Source of the DNA: an uncultured Gammaproteobacteria bacterium
GTDB taxonomy: Bacteria > Patescibacteriota > Patescibacteriia > PEXW01
Reading direction: 5' to 3'
Assembly: GCA_964486505.1 (NCBI GenBank)
Contig: CAZAMC010000004.1
Coordinates: 1-50,298, forward strand
Length of the DNA: 50,298 nucleotides
Made by a program: the position numbers and the translations under genes. Below, one piece after another: positions 1-7,037 of the stretch. How positions within the stretch are numbered: the first letter of the stretch is position 1; the number at the start of each line of letters is the position of its first letter. The notes beneath the pieces are model-generated. The model did no database searches. It was not told the origin of the DNA and saw only the letters and a list, made by a program, of their open reading frames with translations.

Positions 1-245
1 GGGCTACCAAGTTGGCCGACACCACACTCGTGGTGGCGGACAATTTCTGTACTCGGGGAATCGAAGGGCAGCAGCGAACGACGAGTGCAACGAGGAAGTG
101 AGCGCCGACAGACGCGAGTGAGCGCAGCGTCTGGCGCTGTCCAGGACCCGATTCCCCGTGGGGCTACCACTACCAAACTCCTAGTTTAACTTGTAGAAAC
201 AGGTGCCCTTTTAAAATTACCATAACACCTAAACCGGCTGATTTC

Positions 246-254
246 TGGTATACT
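246..254 (+). promoter_or_regulatory. extended -10-like element TGgTATACT upstream of the zinc-ribbon micro-ORF
   Basis: Sequence tggtatact at 246-254 in an AT-rich stretch. No convincing -35. The ORF ATG lies at 298. Confidence 0.25.
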
Positions 255-297
255 CCGTGCACGATGAAAAGGTAACATCTACATTAAAGACATACCT

Positions 298-450
298 ATG
301 TTCTGCATTCATTGTAGTAAGACAATTAGGGATGGTTCGCGCATGTGCAAGCATTGCGGTAAATCACAATTGCGGAATCAAAATAGGATCATGCGCGTGT
401 TTCGAGAAAGGCGTAAGTCGAAAAAGAAGGAATCAACAAGCTCCTTCTAG
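298..450 (+). CDS. zinc-ribbon micro-protein (50 aa): MFCIHCSKTIRDGSRMCKHCGKSQLRNQNRIMRVFRERRKSKKKESTSSF
   Basis: Hand-translated ORF below the 60-aa cutoff of the supplied track. It has two CxxC pairs (CIHC, CKHC) about 10 residues apart and a basic tail, typical of zinc-ribbon domains. No clear SD. It is in a different frame from the listed 257..475 ORF. Confidence 0.45.
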   Translation: MFCIHCSKTIRDGSRMCKHCGKSQLRNQNRIMRVFRERRKSKKKESTSSF

Positions 451-538
451 TGAGCTAAGAGGGGTTTGTAAATAACTGACGTGCTCCACAATCTGATTCT
501 ACCGTTCTCTCACGAGCGCTACCAAGTACTCAGTAATG

Positions 539-564
539 AAAACCCCACTCGTCAATGAGTGGGG
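539..564 (-). terminator. Rho-independent terminator downstream of the Nudix gene
   Basis: An 8-bp stem, CCCCACTC (543-550) with GAGTGGGG (557-564). On the minus strand it is followed by TTTT (plus-strand aaaa 539-542). It sits 11 nt after the Nudix stop codon. Confidence 0.55.
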
Positions 565-574
565 CTCCAATGTG

Positions 575-1096
575 CTACCGATGTCGCGGATTCACGTGCA
601 TGATCGAGTCAAGCTCTGCAAGCGAGAGGTGATGGATGATACGTATGGCATCGTAACTGCTATTACGCATCACGCGGCGCATGATACCAACGTGCGGACC
701 GGTGAACCAGCCAAAGCCACGATGCTCCTGACCAATGAGAACCTCCTTGATGGTCGGGGTTTCTACCAGGTAGTGGGTCACGTGGTAGAAATCATACCGC
801 TCGTCTCGATCGCCAACAGGCTCCCACTCGCGCTTCTCATTGTGCACTTCCTTAATAATCCGGGAGACACGAATGCCCGCTTCTTCCGAGCACTCACGCA
901 GCAGCGTATGAATCGCCTTCTGGTCTGCTCTCGGATCAAGCGCCCCGCCAATACACTCCCAAATATTCGGGTACCGCAATGCGCCTTTTGAACGCTGGAA
1001 GAGCAAGAACTCCTGGTCGCCATCGGGACCTGCACCCATGATAATTGCCCGGATAACCCGCTTTACTTTTGGTTTGAGTAGGTTACGGCTAGACAC
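575..1096 (-). CDS. Nudix-family hydrolase
   Basis: 173-aa ORF with a Nudix-box-like segment GGALDPRADQKAIHTLLRECSEEAGI (REcxEEaGi core). Confidence 0.85.
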   Translation of the reverse strand: MSSRNLLKPKVKRVIRAIIMGAGPDGDQEFLLFQRSKGALRYPNIWECIGGALDPRADQKAIHTLLRECSEEAGIRVSRIIKEVHNEKREWEPVGDRDERYDFYHVTHYLVETPTIKEVLIGQEHRGFGWFTGPHVGIMRRVMRNSSYDAIRIIHHLSLAELDSIMHVNPRHR

Positions 1097-1165
1097 GAAC
1101 TACATCCTCCATGTTGTAACGTTTTATGTTTCCTAACTGCAGTACGGTACAATACCCCTACCATA

Positions 1166-2191
1166 ATGTCAACGCTCCCTCGCACCATCCTCGGCATTGA
1201 AACCAGCTGCGACGACACATCGATCGCTGTGCTGGATGCTGCGCAGGGGCGCTTCCATGTCCGCAGCATGGTCACCGCCTCACAGGTGCTTGCCCACCGG
1301 AAGACGGGGGGCGTGGTACCGGAAGTGGCGGCCCGAGAACACGCCGCCACCATTATGCCCACCTTGCAGGCAGCACTGACCAAAGCGCGGTTGCGCCTAG
1401 AGAATATAGATGCAATTGCGGTGACGAGCGGGCCCGGCTTGGCAACTGCACTTCTCGTTGGCGTGGAGACTGCCCGCACCCTGGCCTACGCCACTGGCAA
1501 GCCACTCATTGGGGTAAACCACATTAGCGGCCACCTAGCGAGCTGTTGGCTGAATGCAGCTCCCCCAAAGCTGCCAGCCCTTGCGCTCATCGTCTCGGGC
1601 GGGCACACGGAGCTCCTCTGGATAGAGGAGCGAAAAATTTCTCTGATCGGCAAGACGCGCGACGACGCCGCGGGTGAGGCGTTTGATAAGACGGCGAAAC
1701 TCATGGGCTTGCCCTACCCGGGTGGCCCAGAACTCAGCGCGCTCGCCCGCAAGGGTACGCCGAGCATCCCGCTGCCTCGGCCAATGCTCATGGAGGACAA
1801 CTTTGAATTTAGCTTTGCCGGATTGAAGACCGCCGTTAGCCGCTACCTCGAGCTCCACCCTCGGCTCACGCCCCACGCCAAGGCTGACCTGGCGGCATCG
1901 GTTCAAACAGCAATTGTGGAGGTGCTCGTTGGAAAAACGCTGCGCGCGGCGCAGGTGAAAAAGCCCCGAAGTATTTTGCTCGGTGGCGGTGTGGCTGCAA
2001 ACGCCATGCTGCGGGATCGACTGGCTGCGGCGGCTCAGGCCGCTATATTTGCCTTCCACGTTGCGCCGTTGCCATACACTACCGACAATGGCGCCATGAT
2101 TGCCGTCGCCGGGGCAATGGAACTTGCCCGTGGCCATCGTACGCCCTGGCAGAAGCTCGACGTGAACCCAGTGTGGGAGCTTGGGAGGTAG
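1166..2191 (+). CDS. tsaD: tRNA N6-adenosine threonylcarbamoyltransferase TsaD (Kae1/Gcp family)
   Basis: 341 aa. N-terminal ILGIETSCDDTSIAVL, metal-binding GVNHISGHL, and ASKHA-fold layout typical of TsaD. Confidence 0.95.
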   Translation: MSTLPRTILGIETSCDDTSIAVLDAAQGRFHVRSMVTASQVLAHRKTGGVVPEVAAREHAATIMPTLQAALTKARLRLENIDAIAVTSGPGLATALLVGVETARTLAYATGKPLIGVNHISGHLASCWLNAAPPKLPALALIVSGGHTELLWIEERKISLIGKTRDDAAGEAFDKTAKLMGLPYPGGPELSALARKGTPSIPLPRPMLMEDNFEFSFAGLKTAVSRYLELHPRLTPHAKADLAASVQTAIVEVLVGKTLRAAQVKKPRSILLGGGVAANAMLRDRLAAAAQAAIFAFHVAPLPYTTDNGAMIAVAGAMELARGHRTPWQKLDVNPVWELGR

Positions 2192-2246
2192 ACAAAACGA
2201 GAAGAAAGGCTACCCTTCAATATAAGCGATACAAAAAGGGGCATAG

Positions 2247-2354
2247 ATGTTTGACATCGTAATGAAGTGTCTAGGAATTCTGTTCGGCGTCCTCATGGTC
2301 TTGGTGTGCCTACAGCTCCTGGGCCAAAACCGAAAGCGAAAAACGGGGCACTAA
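2247..2354 (+). CDS. 35-aa single-TM micro-protein (MFDIVMKCLGILFGVLMVLVCLQLLGQNRKRKTGH)
   Basis: Hand-translated. SD-like AAAGGGG at 2235-2241 lies 5 nt before the ATG. Hydrophobic core plus basic tail. It is a paralog of the next ORF, to which it is joined by a TAATG overlap. Confidence 0.4.
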   Translation: MFDIVMKCLGILFGVLMVLVCLQLLGQNRKRKTGH

Positions 2355-2461
2355 TGCAAGACATGCTCATTCGTGCAGCCGGTAGCTTTGTGGCTTTGCT
2401 CTTCGTACTCGTTGCATTCGAATTTCGATCGAAGCGTAGGCACACGAACTACCTCTCGTGA
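2354..2461 (+). CDS. 35-aa single-TM micro-protein (MQDMLIRAAGSFVALLFVLVAFEFRSKRRHTNYLS)
   Basis: ATG at 2354 overlaps the TAA of the preceding micro-ORF. Same length and architecture as that ORF. It is the C-terminal part of the listed 2267..2461 ORF, and a terminator follows. Confidence 0.4.
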   Translation: MQDMLIRAAGSFVALLFVLVAFEFRSKRRHTNYLS

Positions 2462-2466
2462 AACAG

Positions 2467-2500
2467 CCGCCAGGAACATCGTGTTTCTTGGCGGTTTTTT
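2467..2500 (+). terminator. Rho-independent terminator after the micro-ORF pair
   Basis: A 10-bp stem, CCGCCAGGAA (2467-2476) with TTCTTGGCGG (2485-2494, one G:U), followed by TTTTTT (2495-2500). Confidence 0.65.
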
Positions 2501-2604
2501 GTCACCTATACCTAAGAGGAGCGACCTCGCCTCAACCCGGTGTGGGAGTTGGGAAGATAAAGAAATGGGCTCACACATTGTGCGAGCCCATTATTCGTTT
2601 TGGG

Positions 2605-2823
2605 CTACAATTGTAACGCCGAAGGATCGAGAGGCTTCTCACCGAAGGACACTTCCTCATCGAAATCGACTTCCTGAAGCATCGTCTGCACGAAGCTTGT
2701 CGAGACTTCTGCAGCGACTACCATCTCCATCTTGTTGCGGCCACGTATTGGAACGTTCTTCCCCAACAAGTAGCGCACAACCTTGTCGTAGTCATCATAC
2801 GTGCACGCATCAATGTACATCAT
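2605..2823 (-). CDS. hypothetical small protein (72 aa, MMYIDACTYDDYDKVVRYLLGKNVPIRG...)
   Basis: Part of the listed 2605..2958 ORF. I prefer the ATGATG start at 2823 because GAGGGTG lies 5 nt upstream and it avoids overlap with valS. No family recognised. Confidence 0.5.
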   Translation of the reverse strand: MMYIDACTYDDYDKVVRYLLGKNVPIRGRNKMEMVVAAEVSTSFVQTMLQEVDFDEEVSFGEKPLDPSALQL

Positions 2824-2896
2824 GCAAACACCCTCTGTGTTTCTATTCAGTTTCATCCACCCTACTGAAAAACCCCTAGAAAAGTCAAGGCGACAC

Positions 2897-2905
2897 TGGT
2901 AGGAT
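2897..2905 (+). promoter_or_regulatory. extended -10-like element TGgTAGGAT, 9 nt upstream of the valS ATG
   Basis: Sequence tggtaggat at 2897-2905. No SD between it and the ATG at 2915, which implies a very short or absent leader. Confidence 0.3.
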
Positions 2906-2914
2906 GACTGCACT

Positions 2915-5452
2915 ATGGCCTCGGAAGCGTACAATCCACTCGGCGTTGAACAGCCCATCTACAAGCAGTGGGAGGCTTCCGGCTACTTCAATCCGGACAA
3001 ACTCCCTGGCAAACGGACAAAGGCTTTCTCCATTAGCATGCCGCCACCGAACGTCACTGGCGAGCTCCACCTGGGCCACGCCGTAGGGGTGAGCGTGCAG
3101 GACATCCTGACGCGCTTCCACCGCATGCTCGGCGAAAAGGCCTTGTGGCTCCCCGGCACAGACCACGCCGGTATTGCGACGCAAATCATGGTGGAGCGCT
3201 TGCTGCAGACGGAAGGCATAAGCCGCCACGAAATTGGCCGTCAGACGTTCCTGAAACACGTGTGGGCCTGGAAGCAGAAGTACGGCACGCGAATTACGGA
3301 CCAGGTCCGTGCGCTGGGCGCATCCTGCGATTGGTCGCGCGAGCACTTCACCATGGATCCCAACCTCACCCTGGCAGTGCAGAAGGCCTTCATCCAGTTG
3401 TTCAACGAGGGCCTTATCTACCGTGGCACGCGTCTCATCCACTGGTGCTCACGCTGCCAGACTGCACTCTCCGACCTGGAGGTAAAGCACGTGCAGGAGA
3501 CTGGCCACCTCTACTACATTACCTACGGCCCATTCACCGTGGCCACCACCCGTCCTGAAACCAAGGTGGGGGACACCGCGCTTGCCGTACACCCCGGTGA
3601 CAAACGCTACGCCAAGTACGTCGGCGAAAAAGTCACATTCGAGACCGAGTCCGGAAAACTCACGTTACCCGTCATCGAAGACAAACTCGTGGACAAAGAA
3701 TTCGGCACGGGTGTGGTGAAGGTCACGCCGGCGCACGACCCCGCCGACTGGGAAATGGGCGAGCGTCACCACCTGGCAATGAAGCAGGTGATTGGCGAGG
3801 ACAACCGCATGACCGACCTCGCCGGGAAGTACGCTGGCATGCTGGTTACCGAGGCGCGCGACCGAATTGTTGCCGACCTACAAGCCAAGGGGCTGTTGAA
3901 AAAAATTGAGCCGCACGTTTCCAACGTGCCCCACTGCGACCGCTGCAACTCCGTGGTCCAACCCTTACTTTCGAAACAATGGTTCATGACTATGAAGCCG
4001 CTCGCAAAGCCAGCGATTGCGGCCGTGAAGTCTGGCAAAATCCAGATCATCCCCAAGCGCTTTGACAAAATCTACTTCCACTGGATGACCAACATTCGCG
4101 ACTGGTGCATCTCGCGCCAGCTGTGGTGGGGCCACCAGATTCCGGTGTGGTACTGCCGCAACGAGGCCAAAAAAAAGTGCAAGCCGGTTGCCTCGGTAAC
4201 CGAGCCGAAGCAGTGCGCCACCTGCAAAGGCGTGCACTTCGTGCAGGACCAGGACACGCTGGACACCTGGTTCAGCTCGGGGTTATGGACCTTCTCCACG
4301 CTCGGCTGGCCCAAGGCGACGAAGGACCTGAAGACCTACCACCCCACCAGCGTCATGGAAACCAGCTGGGACATTTTGTTCTTCTGGGTGGCGCGCATGA
4401 TCATGTTCTCCCTGAAGTTCCGCAAGCAAGTGCCATTCAAAACCGTGTACATCCACGGCCTGGTCTTGGACAAAGACGGGAAGAAGATGAGCAAGAGCAA
4501 AGGCACGGGTATTGACCCGCTCCCTATGGCCGAGAAGTACGGCACGGACGCAATTCGCCTGTCGCTCATCCTCGGCACGACCCCAGGCCAAGATTTCCGC
4601 TTGAGCGAGGAGAAAATCGCCGGCTACCGCAACTTTATCAACAAGCTGTGGAACATTGGCAACTTCGTGGAGCGGCAGGAGAGCCTGAAGCACACGAAGG
4701 TGAAGGCTCTCTCGCTCGCCGATAAGTGGATGATAGAACGAACGAACTGGCTCGTCGCTGAAGTGACGAAGAACCTGAAGAGCAATAAGCTCTCCGAAGC
4801 TGGGCAAGCCTTGTACGACTTTGTATGGCACGAGCTCGCGGACTGGTACGTAGAAATCCAAAAAGTACAGCCAAACACCGCCCAGCTTATTGTGAGCTAC
4901 GAAACTGTACTCAAGCTTCTGCACCCGTTCGCGCCATTCATCACTGAAGCGCTGTGGGCAAAGCGCCACGGCAAAGCCAACAAGGACATGCTCATGGTAC
5001 AAGCATGGCCAAAAGCGAAAACGCAGAAGAACACTGCGACAAAGGAGTTCATGAAGCTGCAGAGCCTCATCGTGGCAGTTCGCAACGTCCGCGCCACGCA
5101 CAAAGTTGCGCCCCACGAGAGACTCACGCTCCGGGTGGCGGGCAGCGGTGCAAAACTTCTTCTTCCGCTCAAGCCGATGGTGGATGTACTTGCTCGCGTT
5201 GATGTTCAGAGCGAGAAGTCCGCCGGCAAGCCTGACGGCCACGAAGCGGGCGTAAACTTCTGGTTAGAGCTCCCCAAAACCTCGCAGCAGCACGTGAAGA
5301 AGGAGGTCGCAAACCTCCAGCAGTACATCCAGTCGATCGAGCGAAAACTTGCGAACGAGAGCTTCACGAAAAATGCTCCGGCGGCTGTGGTGGCGGGGGA
5401 GCGGAAAAAGCTCGCCGAAGCGAAAGCGAAACTCCAGCAACTTTCCGTTTAA
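2915..5452 (+). CDS. valS: valine--tRNA ligase
   Basis: 845 aa. Class I HIGH motif (PPPNVTGELHLGHA), KMSKS motif (GKKMSKSKG), an editing-domain-sized insertion and a C-terminal coiled coil, as in ValRS. Confidence 0.97.
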   Translation: MASEAYNPLGVEQPIYKQWEASGYFNPDKLPGKRTKAFSISMPPPNVTGELHLGHAVGVSVQDILTRFHRMLGEKALWLPGTDHAGIATQIMVERLLQTEGISRHEIGRQTFLKHVWAWKQKYGTRITDQVRALGASCDWSREHFTMDPNLTLAVQKAFIQLFNEGLIYRGTRLIHWCSRCQTALSDLEVKHVQETGHLYYITYGPFTVATTRPETKVGDTALAVHPGDKRYAKYVGEKVTFETESGKLTLPVIEDKLVDKEFGTGVVKVTPAHDPADWEMGERHHLAMKQVIGEDNRMTDLAGKYAGMLVTEARDRIVADLQAKGLLKKIEPHVSNVPHCDRCNSVVQPLLSKQWFMTMKPLAKPAIAAVKSGKIQIIPKRFDKIYFHWMTNIRDWCISRQLWWGHQIPVWYCRNEAKKKCKPVASVTEPKQCATCKGVHFVQDQDTLDTWFSSGLWTFSTLGWPKATKDLKTYHPTSVMETSWDILFFWVARMIMFSLKFRKQVPFKTVYIHGLVLDKDGKKMSKSKGTGIDPLPMAEKYGTDAIRLSLILGTTPGQDFRLSEEKIAGYRNFINKLWNIGNFVERQESLKHTKVKALSLADKWMIERTNWLVAEVTKNLKSNKLSEAGQALYDFVWHELADWYVEIQKVQPNTAQLIVSYETVLKLLHPFAPFITEALWAKRHGKANKDMLMVQAWPKAKTQKNTATKEFMKLQSLIVAVRNVRATHKVAPHERLTLRVAGSGAKLLLPLKPMVDVLARVDVQSEKSAGKPDGHEAGVNFWLELPKTSQQHVKKEVANLQQYIQSIERKLANESFTKNAPAAVVAGERKKLAEAKAKLQQLSV

Positions 5453-5454
5453 TC

Positions 5455-6477
5455 ATGCGCAACTACTACGGCCGAGGCAGCAACCCCGAGACTCTCTTCT
5501 TCCAGAATCGAGAGACCAGTGGCATTGAGGACTTCGATGCGCAGGTCGTGCGGAAGTACCGCAATCGGCGACCGAGTGAAGAAGCCTTCATTGGAAAATC
5601 AGGCTACACCCGGGAAGAAGTCATGGCTGACTTGGACGACATTCGCGGGAAAGAAGAAAACCTATTCTCCAAAGAAGGCGAGGGGGCAACCCAGATGTTC
5701 TACGGCACTATGGAGGGCATAGCGGCCCACGGCTGGTTGGGTGAGAATACCGACGCCCGCACTGTGGAAGTGGTGCAGACCTCCCGCTACGACGACGTGA
5801 AGAATGGCGTAGACTTCTCCGTCGTCATCCACGAGAAGGGCCGCGCCCCAATCGTGCTGGGCATTGATGCCACGAGTATGGATGACCCCTATAAGCTCGA
5901 GCAGAAGCTCCAGCGCTCATTGGATGGAGTGAAGCGGGGTCAGCTGGCACCTCTCAAGTACTACAAGTACCGCGGCGAGACGGCCCCGAAAGGCTTCACT
6001 GTCCCGCGTCTGGTGTTGGGCACAAATGCCGAGAATGCCAAACACATTGCCGAGTCTATGGTGAATGCCACGGCAAAGGAGAGCCCAGTGCAGCACGCGC
6101 TGCTGCAGGAGCTGGAGGGCCAACTACGCGCGCAACTTGCCGAAGCGATTGAAGCGTATCGCCGGCACGGGGAATCTACACAGAGCGCGGCGGCGCTGCT
6201 GCAGGAGCTGGAAACGTGGGAGAGCTCGCTGCCGGAAGATGTTGAGGATGCGGGCCTCAGTGCTGACCACGCCGCGGCATTTGCCGAACACCTTGCTGCT
6301 ATTCGCGCTACTCTCCGCGAGGGGACCAACGTGTACGGCAAAAACCTCACGCGGTTGGCGGAGGCCCTGGGGTACATTACCAGTGTGCGCACAGAAAAAA
6401 GCGCCCCGGGTAGCCAGGACGCTTTCAAAACCGATCGAACAGTGCAGACGCTCACGCATCCTCGGCGGGCGGCGTAG
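5455..6477 (+). CDS. hypothetical protein (340 aa), coupled to valS
   Basis: The ATG lies 2 nt after the valS TAA. Long uninterrupted ORF with coding-like composition. No recognisable motif. The C-terminal half is Ala/Glu/Leu-rich and helical. Confidence 0.7.
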   Translation: MRNYYGRGSNPETLFFQNRETSGIEDFDAQVVRKYRNRRPSEEAFIGKSGYTREEVMADLDDIRGKEENLFSKEGEGATQMFYGTMEGIAAHGWLGENTDARTVEVVQTSRYDDVKNGVDFSVVIHEKGRAPIVLGIDATSMDDPYKLEQKLQRSLDGVKRGQLAPLKYYKYRGETAPKGFTVPRLVLGTNAENAKHIAESMVNATAKESPVQHALLQELEGQLRAQLAEAIEAYRRHGESTQSAAALLQELETWESSLPEDVEDAGLSADHAAAFAEHLAAIRATLREGTNVYGKNLTRLAEALGYITSVRTEKSAPGSQDAFKTDRTVQTLTHPRRAA

Positions 6478-6625
6478 CCGGCCGGCGTTTCTTGCGGCGT
6501 TTCTTGCGCAAGCGAGCGGTGCTGAAAAGTTCAGCATTGCTGCCATCCGGTAAAGTTACCGGAATGGTGGATTTCTGTTTGTTCGCGGCGCCCGCATCCG
6601 TACGGGTAGTCTTCCTCTTGCTCAT
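6452..6625 (-). CDS. possible small basic protein (57 aa, MSKRKTTRTDAGAANKQKSTIPVTLPDGSNAELFSTARLRKKRRKKRRPATPPAEDA)
   Basis: Hand-translated. GAGGTG lies 4 nt upstream of the ATG (minus strand). The 3' end overlaps the convergent 5455..6477 ORF by 26 nt. The KKRRKKRR stretch is encoded by a tandem 12-mer. Confidence 0.3.
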   Translation of the reverse strand: MSKRKTTRTDAGAANKQKSTIPVTLPDGSNAELFSTARLRKKRRKKRRPATPPAEDA

Positions 6626-6703
6626 CGGGCACCTCGGAATCTAAAGGTTCATGTGGTTCGAAGCTTGCAGACCCTACCACGACTACCCCGTCCTGTCAAG
6701 ATA

Positions 6704-6732
6704 TTGACGGCCGGAGTGCACCGAGGTACATA
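6704..6732 (+). promoter_or_regulatory. candidate sigma70-like promoter (TTGACG - 17 nt - TACATA)
   Basis: TTGACG at 6704-6709, a 17-nt spacer, then TACATA at 6727-6732. It is upstream of a strong SD and the TTG-start small ORF. Confidence 0.3.
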
Positions 6733-6772
6733 CTTACCTCCCAAACCAAAAACCGTTAAGGAGGTGAGTACC

Positions 6773-6982
6773 TTGGCACACGCGATGGCGGCCCCCGGAC
6801 AAACGAACTCGCACTTCGCCACCAAGCGGAAGTTGGCCATGCAGCTATTGCGGAACGTTTCTCGCACGTCCCCCAAAGGCTTCCAGCACATAACCGCTGG
6901 AAACTACATAGGGAAAATGCAGATCCTCGAAAACGGCAATAGCCTCTGCGTCATTATTGACGTGGATCCACAGGGAGCGTGA
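6773..6982 (+). CDS. hypothetical small protein (69 aa, TTG start)
   Basis: AAGGAGG at 6758-6764, then an in-frame TTG at 6773 within the listed 6653..6982 ORF. A hairpin terminator follows. No family recognised. Confidence 0.35.
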   Translation: MAHAMAAPGQTNSHFATKRKLAMQLLRNVSRTSPKGFQHITAGNYIGKMQILENGNSLCVIIDVDPQGA

Positions 6983-7004
6983 CCTATGCTACCGCAACAC
7001 CGCT

Positions 7005-7037
7005 AGCCGATTACCACAGGATGGTGATCGGCTTTTC
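7005..7037 (+). terminator. hairpin plus T-tract after the small ORF
   Basis: A 7-bp stem, AGCCGAT (7005-7011) with ATCGGCT (7027-7033), followed by TTTCTT. It abuts the pilB stop codon. Confidence 0.5.

Noticed and set aside
1-260. tRNA, tmRNA, 5S rRNA, RNase P RNA or glycine-riboswitch identity for the left-edge structured region
   Set aside because: TGGTAG D-loop-like strings, a TTCGATTCC T-loop-like string (minus strand), ACCA ends, an AAGTTAAAC...TGGTAGTG 5S-like string and a CGAAGGGCA glycine-aptamer-like string are all present. However, I could not build a cloverleaf: the T-stem halves are about 85 nt apart and the acceptor stems do not pair. I also could not build a 5S helix I/loop C, and the GGAGAG/P2 elements of the glycine aptamer are missing. 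It is kept only as an unclassified candidate ncRNA.
257-475. Listed 72-aa ORF in the AT-rich islet
   Set aside because: It has no start context and a Cys/Ile/Val-rich, odd composition. An alternative frame gives a clean CxxC...CxxC zinc-ribbon micro-ORF (298..450), which I consider more plausible.
536-991. 151-aa plus-strand ORF opposite the Nudix gene
   Set aside because: The minus-strand frame contains the Nudix box and is followed by a terminator. The plus-strand frame has no recognisable features.
4283-5242. 319-aa minus-strand ORF, plus other antisense ORFs at 2885..3442, 3145..3558 and 4105..4515, inside valS
   Set aside because: It lies entirely antisense or out of frame within a gene with unambiguous ValRS motifs. 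The product is Arg/Ala/Gly/Leu-biased and low-complexity, as expected from stop-poor alternative frames in high-GC DNA.
6484-6507. Tandem direct repeat GGCGTTTCTTGC x2 as a possible CRISPR or minisatellite
   Set aside because: There are only two units, with no spacers and no cas genes. It is better explained as coding for KKRR-KKRR in a small ORF or as simple slippage.
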